From: Leptolyngbyaceae cyanobacterium
Lineage (GTDB): Bacteria; Cyanobacteriota; Cyanobacteriia; Phormidesmidales; Phormidesmidaceae
Direction of reading: 5' to 3'
Length of the DNA: 42,373 nt
NCBI GenBank assembly: GCA_050331235.1
Contig: JBHJHA010000068.1
Coordinates: 1 to 42,373, forward strand
Shown piece by piece: positions 20,525 through 30,824 of the stretch. The position numbers were made by a program, and so were the translations under genes. The notes under the pieces were generated by a model, which was given only the letters and a program-made list of their open reading frames with translations, was not told the DNA's origin and made no database searches. The stretch's first letter is position 1, and each line of letters begins with the position of its first letter.

Positions 20525-21526
20525 TCACTGGTAATAGCTGCGGTACCAGTCGACAAACTTTTGAATGCCGACGTCAATGGGCGTATTGGGCTTAAAGCCG
20601 ACATCTTGCATCAAATCTTCGACATCGGCGTAGGTTACGACCACATCCCCCGGCTGCATCGGCTTCATGATTTTTTCAGCCGGTTTACCCATTGCTTTTT
20701 CGATTACTTCAATAAAGGTCAACAGCTCGACAGGGCTGTGATTACCAATGTTGTAAATTTTGTATCGGGCTTTAGAGTTGATCGCTCGCTCAGCGGCGAT
20801 GCGCTCGGGTAAAAAATCGAGTAGTCGAACAATGCCCTCAACGACATCATCGATATACGTGAAATCGCGCTTCATCTTGCCGTGGTTATAAACGTCGATG
20901 GGGCGATCATGGGCGATCGCGTCCACAAACTTGAAATAGGCCATATCGGGTCTGCCCCAGGGGCCATACACGGTGAAAAATCGCAGTCCCGTTACCGGGA
21001 TGTCGTACAGATGACTGTAGGAGTGCGCCATGAGTTCATTGGCCTTTTTGGTCACTGCATAGAGTGAGACCGGATAGTCAACGTTGTCTTCTGCAACAAA
21101 GGGAACCTTAGTATTTGCCCCATACACTGAACTGGAGGAGGCAAAAATTAGGTGGTTCAAATTTTCGGAATGCCGGCAGCCTTCCAAAATATTCAAAAAT
21201 CCTGAGAGGTTGCCTTCGGCATAGGCATGGGGATTTTGCAAGGAGTAGCGCACGCCGGCCTGGGCTGCTAAATGAATCACATGGGTGAAGGCATGATTTG
21301 CAAACAAGGCTTCCATGCCGGCTCGATCATGCAGATCAATTTGCTCAAAGGTGAATTTAGGGTAGGGCAATAGCTGAGCCAAGCGATCGCGCTTAAGTTG
21401 TACAGAATAGTAATCATTCAGATTATCTAATCCGATTACCTCATATTGCTCGCTTAGCAAGCGCTGGCAGACAAAGAAGCCAACGAACCCCGCCGCCCCT
21501 GTCACTAAAATTTTTTGGTTGGTCAT
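20525..21526 (-). CDS. NAD-dependent epimerase (UDP-glucuronate 4-epimerase-like)
   Basis: VTGAAGFVG, HLAAQAGVRYS, ASSSSVYG, YAVTKKANE, RFFTVYGPWGRPDMA, RDFTYIDD. Confidence 0.93.
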   Translation of the reverse strand: MTNQKILVTGAAGFVGFFVCQRLLSEQYEVIGLDNLNDYYSVQLKRDRLAQLLPYPKFTFEQIDLHDRAGMEALFANHAFTHVIHLAAQAGVRYSLQNPHAYAEGNLSGFLNILEGCRHSENLNHLIFASSSSVYGANTKVPFVAEDNVDYPVSLYAVTKKANELMAHSYSHLYDIPVTGLRFFTVYGPWGRPDMAYFKFVDAIAHDRPIDVYNHGKMKRDFTYIDDVVEGIVRLLDFLPERIAAERAINSKARYKIYNIGNHSPVELLTFIEVIEKAMGKPAEKIMKPMQPGDVVVTYADVEDLMQDVGFKPNTPIDVGIQKFVDWYRSYYQ

Positions 21527-22501
21527 GTGTATTTAGACTGATCGAATCAGCGGTACGAGGCTCTGATGAGCGGTTGGCTATGCTTCAAAAACATTACCTC
21601 AAATGATGAACTCCTCGGCATTCATGCCCCACTGAGGACAACAAGTCGAGCAGAGGGCCGTCCTCAACTTTCCAGATTGTTTAATAATGAGCATCATTTA
21701 CCCTCGTAGCCACGGTCGTTAGGGTCACAGCCATCCGCTCGTCACCTTCCTATGCTAAGAGGCTGGCTTTTGCCCTCGAGCCGGAGTTGCCGGCGGATCA
21801 TCAGAGCACGTTCGCCACATTCATCCCCGACTGCGCAGAAGCAGGCATTATCAACGCCTCCCAGCCCTGACCTCGGCGCTTTTCAACTAATGGCTGGCCA
21901 TCCGCAAACTCGCGGAGAGCGAGGCGTGTGGGATTGCGCCTTGGTCGGCATCAACTCCCATCGCTCACGAACTCGAGCAAGGCCGCTAACCGCTGACAGC
22001 GCAATGGGCACCGCCCCAGAGAAGATTTAGACCAGTAACGACTTAAGAAAGATCAACGATTTACCCATCTCTATTCACTAAGTGGGTATTAGCAAACCTC
22101 ACTCTTTTCCGCTGAACAATTCACTTATTGAGTGTCGTTTTTGTTAAAACAGTCTGATGTTCCGAGTAAGCCTTTGGAATGATTATTTCCAGATTTACAT
22201 CACTCGTGGAATCTGACTGAGCGATCGCTGTTCATTTTTAGCCTGAAGGCTTTAGCGGCTCATCGGGTTGCCATAGGAGTCAGCGCCAAGAAGCGACCTG
22301 AGACGAGTGGCCGGCCTCAGGGCTTCCTTTGATTAAGGCCCATCTTGCCCATGATTAGTCGCTTGTTTGTATGGAAGGAATTGACCATCAAAATACTGCT
22401 TCACCTGCTACAGTCCTTTTAGAGAAAATTTGCCTGGCAACAACAGTGCTACGATGAATGCGACACAAAAGAAGAGACCTAAAAAGAAGGATACGTAATC
22501 C

Positions 22502-24655
22502 ATGCAAGAAGTAGACAAGTCAATATCCTTTGATGGACGGGATATTCGACTTAAAGTAGGTTTGTTGGCCCCACAAGCTGGAGGCTCTTTGTTGATTGAG
22601 TCGGGCGAAACGTCAGTGCTAGTGACCGCGACTCAGTCATCCGGGCGAGAAGGAATTGATTTTTTGCCCCTTTTGGTTGATTACGAAGAGCGCCTTTATG
22701 CCGCTGGACGGATTCCGGGTGGCTACTTACGCCGAGAAGGACGACCACCGGAACGGGCGACTCTGGTGAGCCGTTTAATTGACCGTCCGATGCGGCCCTT
22801 GTTCCCTTCCTGGTTGCGCGATGATATTCAGATCGTAGCCAGCACCCTTTCGATGGATGAGCAGGTTCCCCCTGATGTGTTGGCGGCTACGGGAGCTTCT
22901 GTCGCAGTTTTGCTGGCCAAAATTCCGTTCAATGGCCCGATGGCTGCTGTACGGGTTGGGCTGCTGGGCGATGATTTTGTCATCAATCCCACTTACACCG
23001 AAATTGAAAAGGGCGACTTGGACCTTGTGGTTGCTGGCTCTCCGGATGGCGTCATTATGGTTGAGGCCGGGGCCAATCAACTTCCCGAGCAAGATGTCAT
23101 TGAGGCGATCGATTTTGGCTACGAAGTCGTTCAAGACTTAATCAAAGCTCAAAATGAACTTTTGGAAGAGTTGGGAATTGAACGAGTCATTGCAACTCGG
23201 CCCGAAACGGATCCCACTTTAGAGCAGTTTCTGGAAGAGCGGGCGACCTCGCCGGTTAAGGCTATCCTGACTCAGTTTGATTTGCCCAAGCCTGAGCGGG
23301 ACGAAAAGCTAGATGCCATCAAGGCAGAAATTAGCGAAGAAATTGCCGCGAAGCCTGAAGATGATCCCATCCGGCAGGCCGTTGATGATAACCCGAAAGC
23401 TTTGGGCAATACCTACAAAGGTATTACTAAAAAGCTTATGCGTAAGCAAATTGTGGAAGAAGGCGTCAGAATCGATGGCCGCAAGCTTGACGAAGTGCGA
23501 TCGCTTAGTTCTCAAGTTGATATTTTGCCGTCTCGGGTGCATGGCACAGGGCTCTTTCAGCGTGGGTTGACGCAGGTGCTCTCAGTCGTCACCCTGGGCA
23601 CCGCCGGCGACGCACAAATGATGGATGATTTACATCCTGACGAAGAGAAGCGCTATCTTCATCACTACAACTTCCCCCCGTTTTCGGTAGGAGAAACGCG
23701 GCCTATGCGATCGCCCGGTCGCCGGGAGATCGGGCACGGAGCCCTCGCCGAACGGGCCTTAGTGCCTGTTTTGCCGCCTAAAGAGGATTTTCCCTACGTG
23801 ATCCGGGTCGTCTCTGAGGTTTTGTCGTCAGACGGATCCACTTCGATGGGCTCGGTTTGTGGCTCCACTCTGAGTTTGATGGATGCAGGTGTCCCCATTA
23901 CTAAACCGGTCAGCGGGGCCGCCATGGGGCTCATCAAAGAAGGCGACGAAGTGCGCATTCTGACTGACATCCAAGGAATCGAAGACTTTTTGGGCGACAT
24001 GGACTTTAAGGTGGCTGGGACAGACGCGGGCATTACAGCCCTCCAGATGGATATGAAGATCACTGGGCTGCCGGTCGAGGTGATTGCCAAAGCAATTCAT
24101 CAGGCCAAGGGTGCTCGCTTACACATTTTGGAATCTATGATGCAGGCGATCGACAAGCCCCGCGACGTGCTGTCACCCTTTGCTCCCCGACTACTGTCCT
24201 TCAAGATTGATCCGGACATGATTGGCATGGTCATTGGGCCAGGGGGCAAAAAGATTAAGTCCATTACTGAGCAAACAGGGGCTAAAGTCGATATCGACGA
24301 TGACGGTACCGTTACAGTCTCTTCCCTGGACGGTAAAAAGGCCGAAGAGGCCAAAGCCATGATTGAAGCTGTGGTCTTCAAGCCATCGGCGGGAGATGTA
24401 TTCCTCGGCAAGGTCACTCGCATTATCCCCATTGGGGCGTTTGTCGAGTTTGTCCCGGGACAAGAAGGTATGATCCACATTTCTCAACTGGCTGACTATC
24501 GCGTCAATAAAGTTGAAGATGAGGTCTCCGTTGGCGACGAAGTAGTGGTCAAAATTCGGGAGATTGATAACCGGGGCCGAGTTAATCTAACTCGCCTCAA
24601 CATTCATCCGGATGAGGCGGCGGCGGCTCGAGGAGAAACGGCCTCCACCAGCTAG
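22502..24655 (+). CDS. pnp: Polyribonucleotide nucleotidyltransferase (PNPase)
   Basis: Two RNase PH domains ([50 protein letters not shown]) plus KH (IGPGGKKIK) and S1 (EGMIHISQL) domains. Confidence 0.98.
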   Translation: MQEVDKSISFDGRDIRLKVGLLAPQAGGSLLIESGETSVLVTATQSSGREGIDFLPLLVDYEERLYAAGRIPGGYLRREGRPPERATLVSRLIDRPMRPLFPSWLRDDIQIVASTLSMDEQVPPDVLAATGASVAVLLAKIPFNGPMAAVRVGLLGDDFVINPTYTEIEKGDLDLVVAGSPDGVIMVEAGANQLPEQDVIEAIDFGYEVVQDLIKAQNELLEELGIERVIATRPETDPTLEQFLEERATSPVKAILTQFDLPKPERDEKLDAIKAEISEEIAAKPEDDPIRQAVDDNPKALGNTYKGITKKLMRKQIVEEGVRIDGRKLDEVRSLSSQVDILPSRVHGTGLFQRGLTQVLSVVTLGTAGDAQMMDDLHPDEEKRYLHHYNFPPFSVGETRPMRSPGRREIGHGALAERALVPVLPPKEDFPYVIRVVSEVLSSDGSTSMGSVCGSTLSLMDAGVPITKPVSGAAMGLIKEGDEVRILTDIQGIEDFLGDMDFKVAGTDAGITALQMDMKITGLPVEVIAKAIHQAKGARLHILESMMQAIDKPRDVLSPFAPRLLSFKIDPDMIGMVIGPGGKKIKSITEQTGAKVDIDDDGTVTVSSLDGKKAEEAKAMIEAVVFKPSAGDVFLGKVTRIIPIGAFVEFVPGQEGMIHISQLADYRVNKVEDEVSVGDEVVVKIREIDNRGRVNLTRLNIHPDEAAAARGETASTS

Positions 24656-24689
24656 TCTTTCTCGGCCGTATCATTGCAGGCGCAAAGAG

Positions 24690-24723
24690 TAAATAAAGAG
24701 GCGCGATCGCGCCTCTTTATTTA
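24690..24723. terminator. Bidirectional terminator: perfect 34-bp palindrome
   Basis: TAAATAAAGAGGCGCGA|TCGCGCCTCTTTATTTA lies between the convergent pnp and glycosyltransferase genes, with a T-rich tail on each strand. Confidence 0.85.
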
Positions 24724-25455
24724 TGAGTAGGTCAAGGCCCGGATGGCAAACTTGGGCAGCGCTAGCATCCGACGCCAGCGCCAAGGTTCCTGATAGAGTC
24801 GGTATAGCCACTCTAGATTATTGTTGCAAAAAAAGGCTGGGGCGCGCTCTTTGGTGCCGGCCCAAATATCAAAGCTGCCGCCTACCCCGATCCAGATGGC
24901 ATGGGGACATAGTGATCGCCGCTCAGCAATCCAAAATTCCTGGCGGGGAACTCCCAGGGCAACCAAAATAACTGTTGGCTGTTTTTGTCTTAGTCGTGCC
25001 TCAAGGGCAGGTAGCTCCTCTGGGGTAAAGTAGCCATTTTGAACTCCTGCGATCGTCAGCCCTGGTTTACGGATCTGCCAGTGATGGGCAGCTTGCTCAG
25101 CAATGCCGGGCGCTGCACCTAAAAAAAAGACCGACTGTTCGGACATCAGTTGTTCGAGCAGAGACTCCGCCAATTCAATGCCAGGACAGCGTTGAATCCG
25201 TTTACCCTTGAATCGGAAATAGAGCACGATGCCCGCACCGTCCGGAATAGCCAAATCAGCGGCACACAGCACTGCTTTGAGTTCAGGATTGGCGTCTGCC
25301 TGCATCGCCATTTCGGCGTTGAGGGTCACCACGTGAGAACCTAACCCTTGCTGGTGACGAGTCAATAGCCAGTCGCTATAGTGCTGCCCCCAGTGAATAG
25401 GCAGACCCATTACGGATAATGTTTGTAGCTCTCCCACTGGCTCCCCGTTGAACAT
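24721..25455 (-). CDS. WecB/TagA/CpsF family glycosyltransferase
   Basis: VVTLNAE, IPDGAG, RCPGIEL, VALGVPRQE, GVGGSFD, ERAP, LEWLYRLYQEPWRWRR. Confidence 0.93.
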   Translation of the reverse strand: MFNGEPVGELQTLSVMGLPIHWGQHYSDWLLTRHQQGLGSHVVTLNAEMAMQADANPELKAVLCAADLAIPDGAGIVLYFRFKGKRIQRCPGIELAESLLEQLMSEQSVFFLGAAPGIAEQAAHHWQIRKPGLTIAGVQNGYFTPEELPALEARLRQKQPTVILVALGVPRQEFWIAERRSLCPHAIWIGVGGSFDIWAGTKERAPAFFCNNNLEWLYRLYQEPWRWRRMLALPKFAIRALTYS

Positions 25456-25656
25456 GATGTATTGCCAATCACAAAAAAAATCGCTGTAATGGCACCAGTC
25501 GTACGTAACTCAACCGCTTCGGCCCAATCGACGTCCGAAAATGAATTTTACATCACCAAGGGAAGAACCGTTTTGCACACCCTGTGAAAAACTTAATTGG
25601 CCGACGAGCACCGCCAGTCAATCAAAGTCAAAAGGAACGGCGATCGCCCACCAGCT

Positions 25657-26610
25657 CTAGTAATCCAGTTCCTCTTCGTACTCAGTCACCTTTTTCTTTT
25701 GGGGAATATTAACTGGTGGCGCATCATAGGGTTCGGGCTCGTCATCCGTCCAAACGTCATCAGTAACTTCTCTCACGTCGGCCTGATAGTCCACAGGTTG
25801 GGGCATCGGCGGCTCGCGCCAGTTGTCTTCTGGCTCTGTGGGCAATTCGCGATAGGCTACTTCCGCTTGACGCGGGGGCATCGGTTCCGCAGAAATGGGT
25901 TCGGGCTCACCCCAATCATCGTCAGTCCAGCGTGCTTCCACGGCGGGAGATTGATTACGCATTGGCTCAACGGGCGTTTGGACCCCCGACGGGAGTTGAT
26001 TGGCCGTTGATACTGGCATGATGTACTCGCTTTCATCATCTCGTTCCCACGGGGCCCGCCCAATGCCTAACCGCTCTAACAGGCCAACGCTGAGCTGCAC
26101 CAGCTTTTCTTCGGCCCCTTCAAAGACAATCAGGCGATCGGGACCACTACTCACGATTTCATCCACCGGCAACTCATAGGTGCTGATAACCTGATCGGGA
26201 ATTTTAGGTAGACCAAAGGAAGCAATCACAATAGATTCCAGCTTGCCGGTCACAACATCAAATTTGAGATCGCGCAGGCGGCCTAACATCTCCCCTGACT
26301 CCGTAATCACCTCAGAGTTGATCATGGTGCTGTAAGGAGTGAGATTCAAATCATCCTCGATGACGTCGTCGTCATCCACTAAGATGACATCGCCCACCTG
26401 GCGAATACTGCTGAGCTGCATCGTGTGTTCAGTACCCGACATCACCCCCGGCAAAAGCTGCTCACGCAGGCCAACGGCCACGACTTCGCAGCGGTCAATA
26501 TCAACCCATAGCTGACTCACAAATCCCAGACTTTTGCCCGTCGTTCTGGTAACGACTTGCGTGCCCAGAAAGTCGGAACGTTGGCGAAACTGGTCATAGG
26601 ATGGGGTCAT
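25657..26610 (-). CDS. Tandem PRC-barrel domain protein with acidic tail
   Basis: FLGTQVVTRTTGKSLG and INSEVITESGEMLGRLRDLKFD are PRC-barrel starts. The C-terminus is D/E/P-rich. Confidence 0.88.
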   Translation of the reverse strand: MTPSYDQFRQRSDFLGTQVVTRTTGKSLGFVSQLWVDIDRCEVVAVGLREQLLPGVMSGTEHTMQLSSIRQVGDVILVDDDDVIEDDLNLTPYSTMINSEVITESGEMLGRLRDLKFDVVTGKLESIVIASFGLPKIPDQVISTYELPVDEIVSSGPDRLIVFEGAEEKLVQLSVGLLERLGIGRAPWERDDESEYIMPVSTANQLPSGVQTPVEPMRNQSPAVEARWTDDDWGEPEPISAEPMPPRQAEVAYRELPTEPEDNWREPPMPQPVDYQADVREVTDDVWTDDEPEPYDAPPVNIPQKKKVTEYEEELDY

Positions 26611-26713
26611 AGCCGGAGCCTGATTGGAACTCTAAGATTGATAAACAAACTGCAGTTCAAACAACTAGCAGTTCAATGAATGATTCTACAGGAGGACTCT
26701 GATCTTAACAGAT

Positions 26714-29700
26714 CTACATGGAAGCACTTTGGGGCTCTAGCTTAATCCCAAGCACTTGAGTATAAGCGCCCCGGGCTTGGGTCACGCCAATCGTCCGCTG
26801 GGCTGCCTCAATCATCGGACGACGCAAACTCACCACAATAAATTGAGCCTGCCGCGCCTGTTGCTTAATCATTTTAGACAAGCGCTCAACGTTCGCACCA
26901 TCTAAGAACATATCGACTTCATCAAAGGCATAGAACGATGAGGGTCGATACCGCTGTAAAGCAAAGATAAAGCTGAGTGCCGTCAGCGACTTTTCACCTC
27001 CAGACATAGACGCCAAGCGGCGCACAGGTTTACCCTTGGGGTGCGCGACTAAATTTAGCCCACCATTAAATGGATCTTGCGGATCGTCGAGTTGTAGGTA
27101 ACCGTCACCATCGGAGAGCTGGGCGAAAATGTCGCTAAAGTTTTCATTTACTGCATCAAAGGCTTCTTGAAATGCCCGTTGGCGTAGAGTTGTAAAGTTT
27201 TCGATGCGGAGCAGTAGCTCAGTGCGTTCCTCTTGCAAAGTGGTGAGCTTTTGGGAGAGTTCTTCTAAGCGCTCTTGGGTTTGGTTGTACTCTTCCAAAG
27301 CCAGCATGTTAACAGGTTCTAGAGCTTCGAGCCGCCGCTGGAGAGAGCGGATTTGTTTTTTAATGGCTTCCAAATCGATGTCTGCGGGCACCTCTGGTAA
27401 CGGTTCCGGCAGTTCAGCAGCTTGGGCTGAGAGCTCGGTTTCTAAGGCGGCAAGCTGCTGTTGTCGTTCCTTACGGGTTTCGAGGCGCTTTTCTCGCTGC
27501 CATTCAATCTGCTGTTTTTGGGTTTGCTGTTGCCGGTACTGCCCTTCGACGCGATCGCGACTGCCTTTTTCTTCTGCCAGTTGGGCATCCAAGGCACTCA
27601 GCTGGCGCCGGACCGCTTGCAGAGCAGTCGTCATCTCAGATTGCTGCGTTTCTAGCGCCCGACGCTGGTGTTCCTGCTGGGTTTGCTGCTGTTGATACTC
27701 GGCAATCTGGCGCTGCTGCTGCTGAATGGCGGTTTGCGTACGCTCCTGCCGAGCCTGAAAATCCCGGAGTCGTCGCTCTGCCGCCTGTAAGATGGCCTGG
27801 CGATCGCTGAGCTGCTGCTCGAGGGCCTGCACCTCAGACTGGGCCTGCTGCCATTCGCTATGGGTTTGGGATTGTTCCAACGCGGCAAGCGCTTCCCGCT
27901 GGGCCTGCAGCTCCGCTTCCTGGGTAGGGAGCTGAGCTGTCATCTCTTGGAGGCGATTTTGGGCCGTGGTCAATTCGGCTTGGTACTGGGCCAGTCGGGT
28001 TTCCGCTTGGGCTCGCTGCTGTTGCAGTTGCCGCTGCTGTTTTTGCACCTGCTCCGTTTGTAGGGTCTGCTCCCGGTACCGCTGCCGAGCTTCGATCAGG
28101 GCGTCAGAGGCCGCCTTAACCGCCACGGTAGCAGCTCCCATGCGCTGTTCACACCGTTCTAAAACCTGCTCGATTTCACCTAAGCGCCGCCGCAGGGCGA
28201 TCGCCTCTTCCGATTCTCCCGCTTCAACGGTGCCAAAGTGTAGCCGACCACGTTGCTTGCTAAGGCTACCGCCGGTCATCGCGCCGCTGCTCTCCAGTAA
28301 TTCCCCGTCTAGGGTAATCATGCGCTGCTGGCCAAGATGTCCCCGCGCCGCCTGCAGAGTTTCAAACACGGCGGTGCTGCCAAAAACGAACTCAAATATC
28401 TTGCGATAGCGATCGTCGCAGTCAATGAGATCAACAGCGTAATCAATCAAACCATCGGGCCGTTTCCAATCTGGGATGCGGGTGATCTTCGGCACGCGAA
28501 TGGCATTTAAGGGCAAAAACGTCGCGCGTCCGGCCCGGCGCTGCTTCAAAAGCGAGATGCCCTGGGAGGCCACTTGATCATTTTCCACAACGAGATAGCC
28601 CAGTCGCCCCCCAGCGGCAATTTCCAACGCAAGTTGAAACCGCGGATCGACGCGACCGAGCTGCGCGACGAGACCACAGATGCCCGGCAGGCCACTATCC
28701 ACCAAAATTTGAGTAGCCTGGGTGCCTTGGCTTTCTTTAATCGCCTGGGTTTGAGCTTCCAATTTGTCTAGTTCGCGATGCTTCTGGCGCTGCTCTTGCA
28801 AAAGCCGCTGCTGGGTTTCGCGCTGTACTTTGAGTTCTTGTTCCGCAGCCGCGACGGCTTGGGCCAGCCGCTGAATCTCGCTTTCTGTGGTGGCATTTGC
28901 CTGACCACCGCTAGCCGGAGCGGCTTGAGCCTCAATCTGTTGCGTGAGGTCTTGAACACTGGCAATCAGTTCTTCAATCTGTTGGGTGAGCTGGCTCACC
29001 CGCTCTTGGAGGCGGACCTGCTCGGCGCGCTGGGGTTCCAAGGTGCGCAGTAGGTCTTCGATCTGCCAGCGACGCTGGGTTTGTTCTTCGACCCAAGCCT
29101 GGGAAGCGCTGGCGATCGCGCTAGTTGCCTTCCGTTTTTCCGCCAGGGCAGTTTGAGCATCGGCCTGGTGGCGGGCCAGGGTAACCAACTCTCCCTGCTG
29201 CAAAATCTGCAGCTCATCGGTGAGCTGGGCCAAAGTCTGTTGTTGGGCTTGTAGATCGATCTGCGCCTGACGTAGATTGGCCGCCGTCGTCTGCCCGGCA
29301 CTGGTCAAGCTCTGCTGCTGACGCTGGAGCTGTCGCATTTCGGCTTCTTGGGTGGCCAGCTGGGACTGCAACGCCAAATGCTCATCTTCACCAAGGGCCT
29401 TGACCCGAGCGTTGAGCGCCTCCAGGGTTTGCGCAGTGGATTGGAGAGTATGCTCGAGCTCTTGCACTTGGGTACCGAACTGCTGGATTGCTTCCGCATC
29501 TTGTTGAATTTGCGTCCGCAAAGCCACAACTTGTTGCTGCTGCTGCTGCCAGATCAAGACGGTTTCCCACGCTGTGCGAGTGTGTAGCTCGGTCTTGAGG
29601 CGCTGATATTTTTCTGCCTTGAGGCGATCTTGAGCAAGGCGATCGCGCTGGCTAATCAGCTCTCGCTCCACTACTCGAAAGCGCTCTTCCCGCTCTCGGA

Positions 29701-30406
29701 CAACCTCAAGCTTTTCCAACGCCTGGTTGATTTTGCGATCAAACGAGGCCACCCCGGCTAACTCATCAATAATTTCCCGACGTTCCCGCGCATTCATCGA
29801 AATAATGCCGGTCACATCACCCTGAAGCACCACATTGTAGCCCTCAGGATAAACGTGAAACCGTTGCAGTTGTTCATGCAACTCAGTGAGGGTACAGGGA
29901 TCGCCGTTGATGTAGTAGTTCGAGGTATAGGTCCCCTGGTTGGTCACCCGTAAGCGTCGAGTCACCGTCCATTCCCGGGGCTGCGTCGGCAGCGGCACTA
30001 CGTTACTACTGGCCGCGGCATCCGGCTCGACCTCAGCCCCAGGACTGCTGGCTTCATCGGCTGGGGTTGCCGTAATATCAATTGCCTCCTGGGCATCCTC
30101 AACGCGAGCGGCATTGCGGTCAATAATCAGTTCTGGGGCTACATCGCTAATGTCAAAGGTAACGGTCACCAGAGCTTCAGCGGTCGTGCGGCGTCCCAGA
30201 TGGCTTTGGTTGACCAAATCAGGTAGGCGATCGGCCCGCATTCCCCGTGAACTGGCTAACCCCAACGCAAACAACAACGCATCCAAAATATTGGACTTAC
30301 CCGAACCATTAGGCCCAGAAATAACCGTAAAACCCGGCAGCAGCGGCACTGCTGTCGTGCCGCCGAACGACTTGAAATGAGAAAGTTCTACGCGCTTAAT
30401 ATGCAC
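26714..30406 (-). CDS. smc: Chromosome segregation protein SMC
   Basis: Walker A GPNGSGKSN, hinge (GICGLVAQL..RATFLPL..ITLDGELLESSGAMTGG), signature MSGGEKS, Walker B FDEVD, long coiled coils. Confidence 0.98.
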   Translation of the reverse strand: MHIKRVELSHFKSFGGTTAVPLLPGFTVISGPNGSGKSNILDALLFALGLASSRGMRADRLPDLVNQSHLGRRTTAEALVTVTFDISDVAPELIIDRNAARVEDAQEAIDITATPADEASSPGAEVEPDAAASSNVVPLPTQPREWTVTRRLRVTNQGTYTSNYYINGDPCTLTELHEQLQRFHVYPEGYNVVLQGDVTGIISMNARERREIIDELAGVASFDRKINQALEKLEVVREREERFRVVERELISQRDRLAQDRLKAEKYQRLKTELHTRTAWETVLIWQQQQQQVVALRTQIQQDAEAIQQFGTQVQELEHTLQSTAQTLEALNARVKALGEDEHLALQSQLATQEAEMRQLQRQQQSLTSAGQTTAANLRQAQIDLQAQQQTLAQLTDELQILQQGELVTLARHQADAQTALAEKRKATSAIASASQAWVEEQTQRRWQIEDLLRTLEPQRAEQVRLQERVSQLTQQIEELIASVQDLTQQIEAQAAPASGGQANATTESEIQRLAQAVAAAEQELKVQRETQQRLLQEQRQKHRELDKLEAQTQAIKESQGTQATQILVDSGLPGICGLVAQLGRVDPRFQLALEIAAGGRLGYLVVENDQVASQGISLLKQRRAGRATFLPLNAIRVPKITRIPDWKRPDGLIDYAVDLIDCDDRYRKIFEFVFGSTAVFETLQAARGHLGQQRMITLDGELLESSGAMTGGSLSKQRGRLHFGTVEAGESEEAIALRRRLGEIEQVLERCEQRMGAATVAVKAASDALIEARQRYREQTLQTEQVQKQQRQLQQQRAQAETRLAQYQAELTTAQNRLQEMTAQLPTQEAELQAQREALAALEQSQTHSEWQQAQSEVQALEQQLSDRQAILQAAERRLRDFQARQERTQTAIQQQQRQIAEYQQQQTQQEHQRRALETQQSEMTTALQAVRRQLSALDAQLAEEKGSRDRVEGQYRQQQTQKQQIEWQREKRLETRKERQQQLAALETELSAQAAELPEPLPEVPADIDLEAIKKQIRSLQRRLEALEPVNMLALEEYNQTQERLEELSQKLTTLQEERTELLLRIENFTTLRQRAFQEAFDAVNENFSDIFAQLSDGDGYLQLDDPQDPFNGGLNLVAHPKGKPVRRLASMSGGEKSLTALSFIFALQRYRPSSFYAFDEVDMFLDGANVERLSKMIKQQARQAQFIVVSLRRPMIEAAQRTIGVTQARGAYTQVLGIKLEPQSASM

Positions 30407-30824
30407 TGGCCAGGGCTTGAGCGGTTAAAACAAATGTACTGAATCCTTAAAAGAATCGCAAGGCTCCCGTTAATCTGACGGAGATTTGCATCCGACTCAG
30501 GGAGGTGTTGGAAAAATCCTGACAGGATTAGCGATCGCCCCCATGTTAGCTAGCGTATCTAGAAGCTCTAACAACTATATATGGGGTCCGTCTGCTAAAC
30601 CCTCAAGTTCATTAAAAAATAGTTAGAGAAATTTCCTTCCCCTGGCACCCTGGCATGTGAGGACGCTTAAGTGTACTGCCAGCACTTCAGAAATGCCACT
30701 TATTTGGCCCTGCAAACGATCGATGACAGGGGCGATCTCGTCAACCTAGAGGCCGCTTAGTCAGCTGACTAGCGCCCAGCCATTATATCACCCATACGCC
30801 TATGGCCCGATGTTTTAGTCAACC

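Noticed and set aside
21752..22030. 92-aa ORF upstream of pnp
   Set aside because: No recognisable motif or RBS, and the R/S/P-rich composition is typical of spurious frames.
27204..29587. Cys/Ser-rich antisense ORFs and CTG/TTG repeats inside smc
   Set aside because: These are shadows of the Gln-rich coiled-coil codons on the opposite strand.
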